A stretch of 58,380 nucleotides of DNA, counting the filler, from Sphacelaria rigidula (Eukaryota): assembly GCA_964200075.2 (NCBI GenBank). It is 6 parts of 6 records of this genome, joined end to end, with 100 filler letters (N's around TTAATTAATTAA, not from the genome) between each part and the next. Parts side by side here need not be neighbours in the genome. Positions count along the whole stretch, not along the records: positions 9,749 to 19,396 come from CAXNAA020008040.1; positions 19,497 to 29,143 come from CAXNAA020008041.1; 4 more parts are not named here. One strand, 5' to 3'. Position 1 is the stretch's first letter. Each line of letters begins with the position of its first letter. The notes under the pieces were generated by a model that was given only the letters and a program-made list of their open reading frames with translations, did not search any database and was not told the origin of the DNA. The position numbers and the translations under genes are program-made. Positions 13,401-26,600 of this stretch are shown here, one piece after another.

Positions 13401-15562
13401 GCTACCGGACCGGGAAAGGAGAAAAATTAAACAAAGGATACTTGAAATATTCGTTGGCAAGGAGCAGAGTATGACCCATGGGCGTGGGCGGACGATGGCC
13501 TGCAACATGGTCCGTTGCCAGCGAGCCATTTTATTGCGCAAAAGAGTATGACCAGATCAAGACGACTGAGAGCGCTGACAGCACTCAAGCTGCGATGGTT
13601 GAAGAAGAGGCAGGCGCGATACTTCACGCATGCCATACGTCTGTTGCGGTAATAATCGTGCACGCGTGCCCTGCTTGGGTAACTGTCTCGGCCGGTGCCA
13701 TCCATCACAATGATGCTACGTGCCGGTTCTTTTTTCGAGTGCAGCCAACGAAAAGTGGGAACTTTGCACACCAATGAATATATAGGCTTGAGTTCGATTG
13801 GAGTGATTGAAAAGCGTGGCACAGAATACCTCGTCTTTTTATGCTGTCTACTGCGGACGGTGTTCGAACGAGGTTTGCCTAGTGATCGCTTTTTTCATTG
13901 ATTGTCGTACATCAACTGGTTCAGAGGGATCCAGCGGGAGGGGACCTGAGGAAATGTACGTGAACAATGGTTGGTACTATGGAGATGCCGTCAACCCTAA
14001 CGCTGACCCTGACCCCGATCAAGGCATACCGAGAGCTCTCGGGCATAGGGGGTGCAACGTGTTCCATGGGGCAAAGTGTGCGTTGTCAGAGCTCAAATCG
14101 ACGCCTTTCAGTCAATTTTGGACCAAAATACGTTCTGGACGAGCTGCGTCTACTGCTCACCACTGCTCACTTGCCCCAGACCATAGTTTTTCTCAGAACT
14201 TTATTCAGTCTGAAATCAAGTGAAATCGAGTACCAACCATTGTTCACGTACATTTCGTAAGGTCGACTGCCCAGCGGTGGTCATCATTCACGAGACTGAC
14301 GTGTATACCCAAGAAGTTAAAAAAAAAAACCCGGAAAAATCGCTTGACAAATAAAAAGATAGTTGAAGAAGAGCAACAACAACAACAATAAATTTCTGGA
14401 AGGTCATTGTATGCGGGGTTAGATTCATTTTCTCCTGAGAGAAACCAGCGGGTACGCTATTCTTTGTGCGTTGCATAAGAAACGAACCTCGTTGACAAAC
14501 AAGGTTAAAAAGGCTGACCTCAATTTCATCATGTATCGCCCTTCTTCATTTCCTCGTATCGGGCAAGAAAGACTTCACAAATATGGAAATACAGTACGTA
14601 CGTTGGCGTTTGTCTCTTTGCAAGACATAAAATTCTCCGGTTCCCACAGTCCACGGCAAGTTAAGAGTTGTGTCAACATGGCCCACAGACTGGCCTAGAT
14701 CACGGTCTATGAAATAGGAGGGGTCAGGGCGACACAAGGTGGGGAGCACGCCAGATGGAAAAAAAAAGCCCTTTGTACAGATGAACTATTTCTTCGCCCG
14801 AATGTTGGCTGCAGGCAACCGAAGGTGCAGTCACTGGGTATTTACATGCAACCAGTTGCGCGGGGTTTCTTCTCCCGCAGTTGTCTGAAGCCAACGAGTA
14901 GCACAGGTGCTGCACCCCGGAGTGGTGTGAACTTAGCGCCTAGTGTCGGAAAAGTCGCGAAAAAAACACGATTTTCTCCCCAAATCTGTTTTGGTGGAGG
15001 CACAACGCTCACGTGGGACGGCCGTTGTCACGCACATGCGCGTGTCACAGACACTACAAGCCTACAGTGGAGCACAGTACAATCAATCTGCGGTGACTTT
15101 TTCTTGCACACGGGAGGAGCAACGGCACTGCCGTCTCACAATTTTCAACAGCGAAGACAGTGAAGGGGTAGTGATCGCGCTAAAACGCTACATTTACGTG
15201 CACATGGTCAACACGTAACAACTGAACTGTCTGCTGCCGATCAGCCGAAGAGCGTGGCGCATTTGGTGGGGGGGGGGGGGTACGTGTTGCAGGCGAGGTG
15301 TGCGGGTGTGGTTCGGAGCTGTTTGATTTGGGCACACCCCGGCGGATAATAACAATAGATGAAGTTGGCAAAAAATGTACTTTGCACAGTATTGACAATT
15401 GCGTCTATTGTCCATAGCACAAGGCAATAGATTCCATACTGTACGTGGTACAATTTCTGACAATGTCATCTCTTGTCCAGGGTATGGATTCGAGCCAAAG
15501 TTTCGCGGAAATCTTGCCTCTATAACCTGCACAGTCGATTGAGCACGACGAACGCATCCAGT

Positions 15563-15599
<37 letters not shown>

Positions 15600-17999
15600 G
15601 CAACACGCGCATGGGTTGGGACCTCGATGGTGAACTTGTCCTTCCCATAAACTCTCGCTTCCATCCGCGGCTGTACGCTGTTGAGTTTCGGCAAACAAAG
15701 CTGAAGACCTCAACCCACCCTCTCAGATCAGCGTACTGCGATGCTTTTTGTTTGAAGAAAAAATAGAAGAACGCAAAATCTGTTTTAGGGCTCGGGCGTC
15801 CTATTATAGGACGTATTTCTCGTCTACAACATCGCCATCCTCCCCACGGGATTGGCAAGTCTAATTGCAGGCGAGGAGCACTAAATCCGCTGATATCAAT
15901 ATGATCCTCGTATCATCCCCCAGCCATTTTTCGCACGGATGTGAGCCGGGCGGCGATGTCCTGACGAAAGGCAGTCCCGCCCCCGAGTCGAGTCGCAGCC
16001 GACGGGTTAATCCTGAAGGAAGCAACAGCTAGCTGGTCATCCCCTGAGTGGCAAGTAATGACATCCAATTCACCCCCCAAGGCCTCGAAGCCCAAGGGAT
16101 GACGTGCAGTGCCGTCAAGTACAAGTTTTAATTCACCATACGGATAGCTTTCACCTTGGGGCCCATTTGTATCGACACTGCTTTTTTCTTTATACATCTC
16201 CGACAAATTTCGGACATAGATGACTCTCGAAAGCTTATGAGCGCCACGGCGTACATACACACAGGGCAGCTCTCCGGAGTGCTGGGTTACAATCTTCAAT
16301 AGACAGGCTTGTCCAAGCACCAAGCACGAAGGTTCGAATAAAACATCAAGCCGCTTCACTGTTGGACAACCCCGATCGCAAAGCCCGACATGTTCGAAAA
16401 GTTGAGAGGTCTCCGAAAAAACAGTGTCCACAACACTGGGGCCTCACTGGGAGAACCTTGGAGGTCACTTTTGTACACGATTTGCTGGCCCAGGGAATCT
16501 GGAGGAAAAGACTGCAGACCACAGCATCGCGTCTTTTTACAGTAGGTGGGGGGCGTGCCAAAGCAATACGTGTCAACAGCTTGAAGTTTTTCCGAACAGC
16601 TTGCGAGTACATCATATGCATAGTGATGGACTCTTGGTTCCTATGTAGTTATCTATTTGAACGTCAGGGTCGGCCATCTGTAAAACGGGCATTATTTTCT
16701 ACACCCCGAACAATGTATATATATATATATATGGGTCAATAGATGCAATGGACGAAAAATATACTGGGATAAGTACAAGCTCATTGTAGCTATTGTCGGC
16801 CGAAAATAGTTTCAATAGGCATATACTCTACCCAGTACATTCATGTTTACGGCATCTACTACCATGTAGTGTACTGAATAGAGTATATACTATTGCGGCT
16901 TTTGCAATCGACTATAGATTTTATACAGTACGCAGTGCATTCGTTTTGGCAATGTAATCTTTTGTCCAGAGTGTGATTATCCTACATGAAAGTAATTGCA
17001 TGACCCAGATGACCCGCCCTGCCGGTCGAGGGGCTCGGTAGAGTTTACCGACGTTGGGTTACAAATATGTTGATATTACTTGATTTGAGTATTTACGACG
17101 AGAATCGGAATTTTTAGTAGGGATAACAGCCCCGTGTGCTCCTCGCGCGCCGGTAAACTGGCCTCCTACGGGCTGCTCCCTTAGCCCTACGGCGCCACAT
17201 GTCAGAAGTAGACTCTAGATTCGACCAGTCTGTACAGAGATGACAGATTTTCGTCACGACGCCAGCTACGGCGTGTCGGTGGGAAAACGTGCAGCTGTAT
17301 CAGAGTACGGAGCATGAAGCATCCCTTTGTTTTTTGTGCGTTCATCGACAATAACTGCAGTGGGTCGAAACATGGCGCGCCGTATGCATAAACATGGGAA
17401 CGCTCGGCGCTTCTACAGCGGCGCTGTATAAAATAGCTGTGCCTCTCTCAGTCAATGGGGGTGCTGCCACATCTTGCTCGGGTCGTGGGGGCGTTGGCTC
17501 CTATGCCCCTTGGGCACGGTCCTTTTGCTAACACAACATATTCCAGTCGCACACTTTTGGCAATCACCAGTCAGAAGTGGTCAGCCAGCCAACAGTCATA
17601 CAGTCGGCGTTTGCTCCGATATCACGCGTTTCCTGACGGAGCCATGCTACGATAGGGGGTGGGGGGATCTTTACGGCCATTTTTTGCACGAGATTTCGCT
17701 CAAAAATCCATTAGACCGCGAGGGCAGTCCATCTGGGTCTTGCACACTCCTTTAGGGTGAAATTCATGCCGATTCAACAGATGCCCTACCTCTCGCCGTC
17801 AAAGATTATGAACCGTCCTTGAGAGCAGTAACGGTTGTTCGAACGCGCGTGTTACCGGTGAACATAACACTCATTCACGCTGCTTGACACCGTTTTCACA
17901 CAAATACAAACGCACCGCGAGTGTGATAAGTTGACATACCTATATACTTTGTTGCCGTGGAGTCGAACATGCCCCCCGCCTAATCGAAGAGAACGATCG

Positions 18000-18205
18000 C
18001 TATACTAGGAGATACATGGTGGCCACACAAAGCGAATAGAAGGGACAATATATGTAGAAGGTTCTTGTGTCATGTATGGAAAAAATATGATGAGCGCTCA
18101 AGTGTTGGACGTGTCTCTAGGAGTTGGAACGGTGCTCCGTCTTGCAAGGGATGAGTGGTCAATGATCGCAAGACTAGAACAAGCAATAATGACGACGCCC
18201 CACCA
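18000..18205 (+). repeat. Longer copy of poly(C)-tailed retroposon subfamily B
   Basis: GGAGTTGGAACGGTGCTCCGTCTTGCAAGGGATGAGTGGTCAATGATC..AAGCAATAATGACGACGCCCCACC shares the 3' end of the 10558 and 11059 copies. Confidence 0.65.
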
Positions 18206-19056
18206 CCCTATCGCAGAATGACTCGACGCGTGTCTAGTATAGTGTGTGCCAGTTTTCGTTGCTGAACTCCCCCCCACCCACCTTCCCGGATCCAGTTGAT
18301 ATGACTTCCGTCATATGTGACCCACTCACAGCATACCTTCCAGTCCCGTTACGACTCTAGTCACTCCACGAACCCAGATCCACTACGTTGCTCTGACGCA
18401 CAAGCACTACCGCCGTGATTGTTTTGCACTCTTCTGTCCATCACCATCGACCAGCCCACAGCACACTACAGGTTCTGGCTGTGCCCTCCCCTTCACTACA
18501 TGCACGACGTCCCCTGCACCCAAGCCCGCGGCTGCACTGAAATCCAGCACCGCGACCGGGAAAATATGATGTTGACGTACGGCAAGGCACTTTGCTCGAT
18601 TTTTTTGTGGTAGAGCTAACCCTCAAACGGCGAGAGTAGGTCATCTGTTAAGTCGGCATCACCTTCACTTGAAAACGTATGCATGATCCAGATGGACTAC
18701 CCTCCTCGCGCTCGAAATATTGAAAGTTGACCTGTGCGTCAGAAGCCAAGTCAACGCGGCGGACGGAGAACTGCCCGCGCAGGGGAAATAGGCAAACCTG
18801 ACCCTCCCCCCCCCCGTCAGCCTGGTCCGGCGAAAAACTCGTGTGCTCCGTTCCGGCTTTGTAGGGACGGACCCCCTATGGGGTTGGCGTCGGTTGGCAA
18901 TGACGCTGTAAAACACGCCACTCACTGCGTAAGCTAGGCAACCAGGTTGGGGTGTGTTTTTACGCGCTTGCGTTTTTCTCGCGTTAGCCATATGATGGTC
19001 GTCGAGCTAGATCATATTGTGCGGCGTCGGAGAACCTCAATTCAATTTCTCACAAA

Positions 19057-19396
19057 GGGAATGATCACGTTGCGTAGTATGGAAATGGTGAGATACCCAT
19101 GAGGCAGTGTGAAACTGTGGCTGTCTCTGAAAGGAGCGATACCAAAAAATGAAGAGACTTATCCGAGGCTTCGGGCCGAACAATCTTGGCAGGATGCAGC
19201 TCACCCTTCACGCGACTCGCCCAACATATCACGGCGCTTGGCGCTTGGTGATTGATTGCGGGCCTGGTCCGGTGACAACCCGGCGGGCTCCGTCCTGGCT
19301 TTGTAGGGATGCGAGGTCAATGGTCATATGACTACGGCAAGCAAGATCGTGAATACCCCCCCCCCCCCCCCCCCCCCTCCCCCCCCCCCCCCTCCC
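19057..19396 (+). mobile_element. Poly(C)-tailed retroposon copy (subfamily A), ending in a long C tract at the scaffold end
   Basis: Homologous to 1729-2011 and 27690-28022; C tract at 19355-19396. Confidence 0.75.
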
Positions 19397-19496
19397 NNNN
19401 NNNNNNNNNNNNNNNNNNNNNNNNNNNNNNNNNNNNNNNNTTAATTAATTAANNNNNNNNNNNNNNNNNNNNNNNNNNNNNNNNNNNNNNNNNNNN
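19397..19496. other. Artificial scaffold linker
   Basis: 44N-TTAATTAATTAA(19441-19452)-44N. Confidence 0.98.
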
Positions 19497-20662
19497 CGGC
19501 GAGCGGGCAGGTAGAGCTGGTTGGGGGGGGGGCGGGGGCGAGGGGGGGGGCAGTGCGTCCCCGAAAATATTCTCTCGACAGACCGTCGTCATGACGCAGG
19601 CTTTTGTGAAACCAAAATATTCCTAGCATCAGAGCACAAGTTGCCGTAGTTGTGTACGGTACAGTCATAAGGGGCCGTTTTAACGAGACAAAAAGTGAGA
19701 ACACGTGAGAGTGCGAGTGGTTCTGGCGGCTTCGGTATTTTTCTCTTTGCTCTGTCCTCCCGATTGGTTGGGCGCTGGAGGCGAGAGCTGGTGGTCAACC
19801 AAGTGGAAGGGTACAAAACAAAGTATAACCAAAACCACCAGAATCACTCTTACTCTCATGGCGCGTTCTTACTTCTATTGTCTCGTTAAAATACGGTCTA
19901 ACAGCGTGGTTCAGGGTGGGTGCCAAAATGTATTCCCCACTAGATGCAGAGCGCAGAACTGGCCGGATAGAAAACATGTTTGGTATCATGATGACCCCCA
20001 CGAGAAAGCAAACGATGCCGCGTGAGCTGGAATTCTTGTACCGCATGTTATTCGACTGAAGAGAGTTTCGCGTCTTGACTGCTGCAGGAGGCTTATTCGA
20101 AGATATGATCGAGGAGCTAAGGTCGCGATACGTTGCCTTGAACGACAAAGTGACAACCTAGGACCAGGGGTAGGGTTTGGTTCTTGATCCGTCGCAGGGT
20201 GGACTATCTAGGTCTTACGTTCCATTTTATTGTTGATGGATCCTGGTGACCCAACAGATGATGCACCCAGCGTTGAATCATGGCGGTTTCGGTCGAAGTG
20301 TACACGCCACTGCAGAGGGATACTTTGGCACCATACTCATCACCGATAGCTACACTAAAGTCAATGGGAGCATTAAGGTTCAAAAGGGATAAGAGTGGAC
20401 TCTGCGAGGAAAAATGAACGCTCATGTTTGCATCACCTTCCTATAGCATGCAGTATTTGTACTCGCATCTTGGGGTATACGTCGCCGATTCCTCCTGATG
20501 GTGCACCCGTGGAGAACTGGAATCGGGTAAGACTCGTCGCTCGCTGTTTGCTCGTGTCGTCAGGATACGGCTGCCAAGCGTTTCCCTCTACTACAAGCGG
20601 GGTGCGCACACCACGCCGCAGCGCCGCGTTCTTCACCGCAGCCGGAGCGAGAACACGGGTTC

Positions 20663-23600
20663 ATGGTAACTCATCCCCCGTGTGCACTTCGTGTTCTTAA
20701 TCGCTCGTAACCACCCCTGTACAGAACTCGCATTACCGTAAGCTCACTATACTCCCCCGTCTGTCACCTTCATGTTTCGCCCACGTCGCTTGCCTCCGCG
20801 ACCTATTTGGCGCAGCTGCCCCCCCAACGCGGAATTGTGGTCAACCTCGTCGTGGATAGCGCAGACAAAGTCGTCGAGAGCCTGGGCAAAGTTTTTGGGG
20901 CACGAGAGTACTTCCGCAGTCCTGACAGCAACGGCAAGATCATGCACCTCGCTCTGGACATGGGTGGCGTGTCTATGTTCGTCGTGGAAGTTGGTCATAG
21001 CATGTACAAGGGAGCGGAGAAGGTAAAGCTCTAATATTTCGTCGCGGGTTGACGCCTGTTGTGGCCTTTGGAAGATCATCGCGGGGAGCGAAAATCTCGA
21101 CAATTGTGATTGATCCCTCGCCCGGTACAGGCCGGTTCACGTTTCCGATCCAAGAGTCATTCATCTGCATATAATGGCCAGGCCGATCCTTGAGTTAGAC
21201 TCTAAACATTTGCATAAATAATATGGAGGATTTCCAAACTTTAAGGAACAGGGTTCTGTGTTTCTTCGCGTTTTTCGCTTCTTTTGGGAAAGACCTAGGA
21301 TCCTGGGGGGTACCGTGCCGTAATGGCTTGTACAGATTATGCTGCTACCCCCGCTTAATTTGCTATTATGGTATAGAAAAGTTCGGTACAAAGATTTCCA
21401 TTTTTGGACGCTCGAAAACCGGCGAAAAACAAACATGAAAATTCTTCGAAGTTTGTAAACCGCCTCGTAGTATATGTGTGCATTTTTTCGGAGTCTAACG
21501 CCCAAAATCCGGTAAGATGTTTCGGCTTTTTTGCGACATTGTGTTGGTATCGAAACAACTTTGTTCGGGTATTTTTGACGTTGAAGCGACCCCCTTGTAT
21601 CTGGTTTTTTAGCCACGCAACGACAATTCGTACAGATTTCCCTCTGTCTACCCTGGGACGAGTATCTCTCTTATTTCTATATATCTTCAGGCATTCTGTA
21701 CAGGCTTCTGCCGGCCCCCGGATAAATCAGACTGTACCTGGGTGTTATTCGCCTTCGCGATATTTTGGAGTTGTTGGTCGCAACTCCCTGTCAATCCAGT
21801 GCGGACCTTCAACAATAGATTCTCGGAAATGCGGTTAAAACAATATGAGGTTCAACTCAAAAGCCGTGCTTTCCCTGACCTAAGTTCATGACAAATGACT
21901 TTCATATGGACAACCCCTTCACTCCCGACCTGCCCAAAACTACTACGGAGGGTTTTTAGCCTTCCGTTTCCCCAAAGGGCATGTACGAAAGCACGATTTT
22001 CGGGCGAAAAAGTCCTTTTTTCACCCCGAAGTCGAGGCAAAAGGATGCTTTCGCACAAAACCTTTGGGAGAACGGAAGGCTAAAACCCCCCGGAAATATT
22101 TGATGGAGGTCGGGAGGGATGAGATCGTCTGTGTGGAAGTCATTTGTAATGAATTTAGGTCAGGGAAAGCACGACTTTTGAGTTGAACCTGATTTTTTTT
22201 CAACCCCATTTGCGAGAATCCACTGTCATTTCAACATTTGGCATGTATTGCGAGGATTTTGTCTCTGAGCGCCCACGAGTGGACTGTTCACTTGCCAATT
22301 ATTCATGTGGACATGATACCGATTCGACATACGTGCACCCGTTGCCGTTGATTCATGGGCTGCGGGTTGCCAGGGGCACGACTGATATTTCACGAGGGTC
22401 TTGGTCAATTGGGGGTTAGGATTGCTGTATTGTGTAGACGCGCGCACACAATGACAGGTACTGTCACACAAGTACTCTGCGCCTGCGAAAAGGTTTTATT
22501 GTAGTCGAAGTTTTTCGGATCGCATGGGAGCGTTCGATCACGGGGTGTTGCAGTGAGATTTTCGTTTGAGAAAAGGCATTGGAGCAACATGTCCCGTGTT
22601 GCTGGACCAATTTCGCGGTAGGAATTTTATACTTGCGTGCAGAATATCCTTGCACAATTTCGGCTACTCTCAAAATTGGGTGAAGTATAAACACTTTCTT
22701 TGTGACACCGATGTGCCCCGGTTGTCCAAGTGGTATAGGAGACTCTATTCGTGGAGATCGCGAGTTCGTATCCTGACTGCTGCTTTTTTTTCCTCGCGGA
22801 ATCTGGTTCCGTCACTGCATATCTTATGCAGTACATTTTTCTTCTTTTTTTACCAGCGGAGCGTGCATCTGCAGATTCGTCTCCAGTCCGTGGCGATATG
22901 CTTACACCGGACGAATTGGGGAAGCTGAAGAATTATTTGGGTGCCGGCGGTATGCACGTTTTTGGGCGGGCTCAGCTCGTATAACAGGAGCAAGCTGTTG
23001 CTCGCGGGAAGTGATTCTCGATCGTGGATGTCGCCTGGGGGACAGGAATTGCAGGGATCCAGGAATGTCAAAAAGTGCTACCCGTGCGCTCTTTTGTTTT
23101 CCGTAGCAGCCCCACTCCATTGTCATGCAAAGTCAGCAAAGAGGTATCTTCCATGATGAGGGTGTGTCATTCTGCGAGCACGAGAAATTCCCGCCTCTGA
23201 TCCTTTCGCCTTACGTGTCCATCTTATCCGGATCACCGGCGAATTAGGCGCACGCCCGTCTTCACTTGAACGTGGAAGATCCAATGAGCGTCGCAGAGAA
23301 GATGGTCAAGGCTGGCTGCAAGACCATCACCAAATGCGAGAAGCAGTTCTGGGGAAGCATGTACGTATATATTGATGAACTGATAAAGTAAGCTGATTGA
23401 TTAACGCGTTTCCGAGAAAAAAACGCATTACCGTCTACGCGGTCGCTTTGAGATTACCGAAGCAGACTGTCGAGTATCGTGCAAGTATTGCAAGGGCGGG
23501 TCGAGTAGAGTGTACTCAATAATCAGTATTTTCGAAGAGTCAATCTTTGAGTACTCAATTTTTGAGTAGAGTATTCGAGGCCGTACTCAATCTACCTAAA

Positions 23601-26600
23601 AATTGAGTAGAGTATTTGGGGTCATATTCAATCTATTTAAAAGTTGAGTAGAGTATTGAGGCCATACCCAAGTGATACTCTCTACACAAGTATTACTGAG
23701 AGTGCTTACTCAATGTTTGAGTAGAGTATTTGAAGTCGTACTCGATCTACTCAAAAATTGAGTAAAGTATTTGAGGCCGTAATCAACCTACTTAACGTTT
23801 GAGTATAGTGGTTGAGGCGGTCCTCCACCTACTCAAATTTTGAGTATAGTAAATACTCGGGTATTTTACTCGTGTACATACTCTACCCGACCTGCCCTTG
23901 AAGTATTGCTATGTTTCACCGCTTGAGTGAAATTCAGGTCGCGCCAAGTGCATACTTGTTGATGCTTACCTTGATCCAGGCCCAGCGCTGCGTGGTACAT
24001 GTCGAATAGTACTTCTGTGGTCAGTGTTGATGATCCATCCGTATACCCTTGCTGCCTGTGCCGTACAGTTGGTGCCTATATAGAAAGTCCGAGTATATGT
24101 CGGTCAATGATTGCTCCAACCGAGCATCCAACATCTGGTGGGGGGTTATGGTAGGCTGCTCACGACTTGCTTCGCAGCGAATTTGACAAGGTGTACGGGA
24201 TTTACCGTAACTGTTAGAGCTCGGGGACAGTATCAGTATTGACTGTCCATTATCATTATAATGGAAATGATGGTAAAGGTTAAATGAAAAAAATTGGATA
24301 ATGGCTTCAAACCATTATTTACCGTTACCGGTTACCTGTGCTCCATAGAGCCCTTAAAAATTGGCCCAAATTAAACGATTTTTTGAGCTCTCACGAAGCC
24401 AAATCACGTGAAAACGTACCTCCGGCACGGCGCCTCCAGCGGGGCCCTCTGTGGGTGCCTCTGGTGGGGTGTCCTCTGTCGGAGGAGGATTTTTTGGCTC
24501 GCGGCTACGCCACTCGACGACCGAACCATTATGTACCATTTAACTGGTTAATGGTTAAGATATACCATTTCCGAGCTCTATAAACAATCTATCACCACAG
24601 CGGTTGTCCGTTGACAACGAAAATGTCTGGTAATCATTTTAAACTTCTTCTCGTCGATGTGGGCTTGGGGTTTGATTTTCATTTGCGCCACTGTACGCGT
24701 AACCATTCAACTGGTTAGTGGTTAGACACACCATTTCCGAGCTCGAGTAACCACGTATCACGACAGCGGTTGTCCGTTGACAACGAGAATGTTTGGTAGT
24801 CATTTTGGGTCCGTCTCTCGTCGATGTGAGCTTGGGGTTTGATTTTCATTTGCGAAATCCGCCTTGTATAGTAACAACCTCAAAATTTCGAACGACAGAC
24901 GTCGAATTCCACTCAACAACCGCCTTGATCCATCGCTGGTACCGTGTCGGGCGATTACGTCAAAGCCTCTCCGCATACGGGGCGGTGGTATAGTGCTCCA
25001 GGGCTTGTCCTGAAAAACGTATTTTGTGGTGTTGACACATATATGTGGTGAAAAGTTCCAATAGGCCTATACATTATGCAGTACATTTCTTGTCTATCGC
25101 AACTCTAACCAAAACGATTCGCAGGGTGTGGAACAATGTACTGTAAACAGAAACACTGAATATTCCTGTCCTACCACATCGAGACGAAAAATTATCTACA
25201 CGGCTGACTGGATCTACTCAACTCACTTTGTAGGGTCGCAATCTGAACTTCTCCGTAAGGATCTCATGCATTAGCTGAAGTGTGGATACCTCTACTCTCG
25301 AACCGATGCATTCACGTCCCTACATGCATACCAGCTACGGCGAGTTCGAGGATCCCTTCGGCTTGGTCTGGAGCGTTTCGGACACCACCACGCCGATCGA
25401 GGACGTTCCCAAAGAGCTGCAGAGCAAGCTGATGCCCTTTGCCATGGTGCATAATGCGACCGAGTATATCAAGTTCTTGCAGGACGTGCTCGATGCCACG
25501 CCTACTATGGAGCCCGTGAAGCAGTCCAACGGCAAGGTGAGTTCTTGACAGATCGGCTGATACCAGGCCCCTCTCGTATTTGCCTTTCACTATCCCCCTA
25601 TTTTGTTGACACATGAGGACGCATATATTTCAGCATTTTGGGCGAACGTATTGTAGAGTGAGTCTACGGAAAGGTGAACTTTTAACTCGATTTTTTTCTG
25701 GGGCTGCACACTACGGCCCAGATGATTGTCATCGAGAGGTTCTCGAAGTGAAGAACCTCAGGAAAAATTGTGCACCCCTACCGGACAAGCGCTCAGTAGG
25801 GAAGCGGAGGAAACGGCGCGAACGCTGCGGCCTCGGCACGTTTTTGATCCTGTAAAGTGCGCTTTTTGTTTTTTTCGAACCAGAGACTGTTGCCTGCCTC
25901 ACTCGCAGCAGACGACGGGAGCAGAATCGTCGAAGACGTTGGAAGGTGTTCTTCACAAGACAAGCCAAGCGGCCATCACATGGAACAAAACATACACTGT
26001 GGCGGCAGAAATATAGTATACCCCGGGACACGGTTACGGTGTAATGATCGCCAGCACGTTGCACATCACCCCCTCGAAAACACGGCGGATCGAGGTCTTC
26101 GACTATTCCTTGCAACTAAGCGAGTACCTGCAACACTTCATCACTTTTAGTCATACCTTTCAGTTCCTGCAACTCGTCACGCGGGAGAAATATATTCGCC
26201 GCGAGGTGCAGTACACACAAAAGTTAATGTATTAATAATGCAAAACTTACACCACGCACAAGCTACCCTTACCGACGATGAGGTGCGTCGTGCGTGCTAC
26301 GTACGAGGGTGGGGTATCCACGCTCACTTTCGACCTATACGCCAAGGCTCATGTTGCATACCCGTGATTTCTCTCTCCGAAAAAATATCACGTTAATTAT
26401 GCTGTGGGCCTGATCCAACCCCGTCTTTCTTGAATCCTAATTGCTTAATCAGATTATGTGGGCGGAGCTTATGATCAACGGCGGCAAGTGTGCCGTGAGC
26501 GACCAATGCTGTGACGAGGCCAATTGGACGATGACCATCACCACCACAGTTCCCACTGGACAAGCACAGTCCGTATGCGACGCTTTCAAGGCCGGTGGCG

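Noticed and set aside
15913-16621. 172-aa and 91-aa overlapping minus-strand ORFs
   Set aside because: No recognisable motif or consistent splice model; possibly a decayed TE, cannot be supported
23510-23880. Regularly spaced TTGAGTAGAGTATT repeats as a CRISPR-like array
   Set aside because: Spacers are similar to each other, the array lies inside TIRs with an 8-bp TSD, there are no cas genes, and the context is a eukaryotic intron
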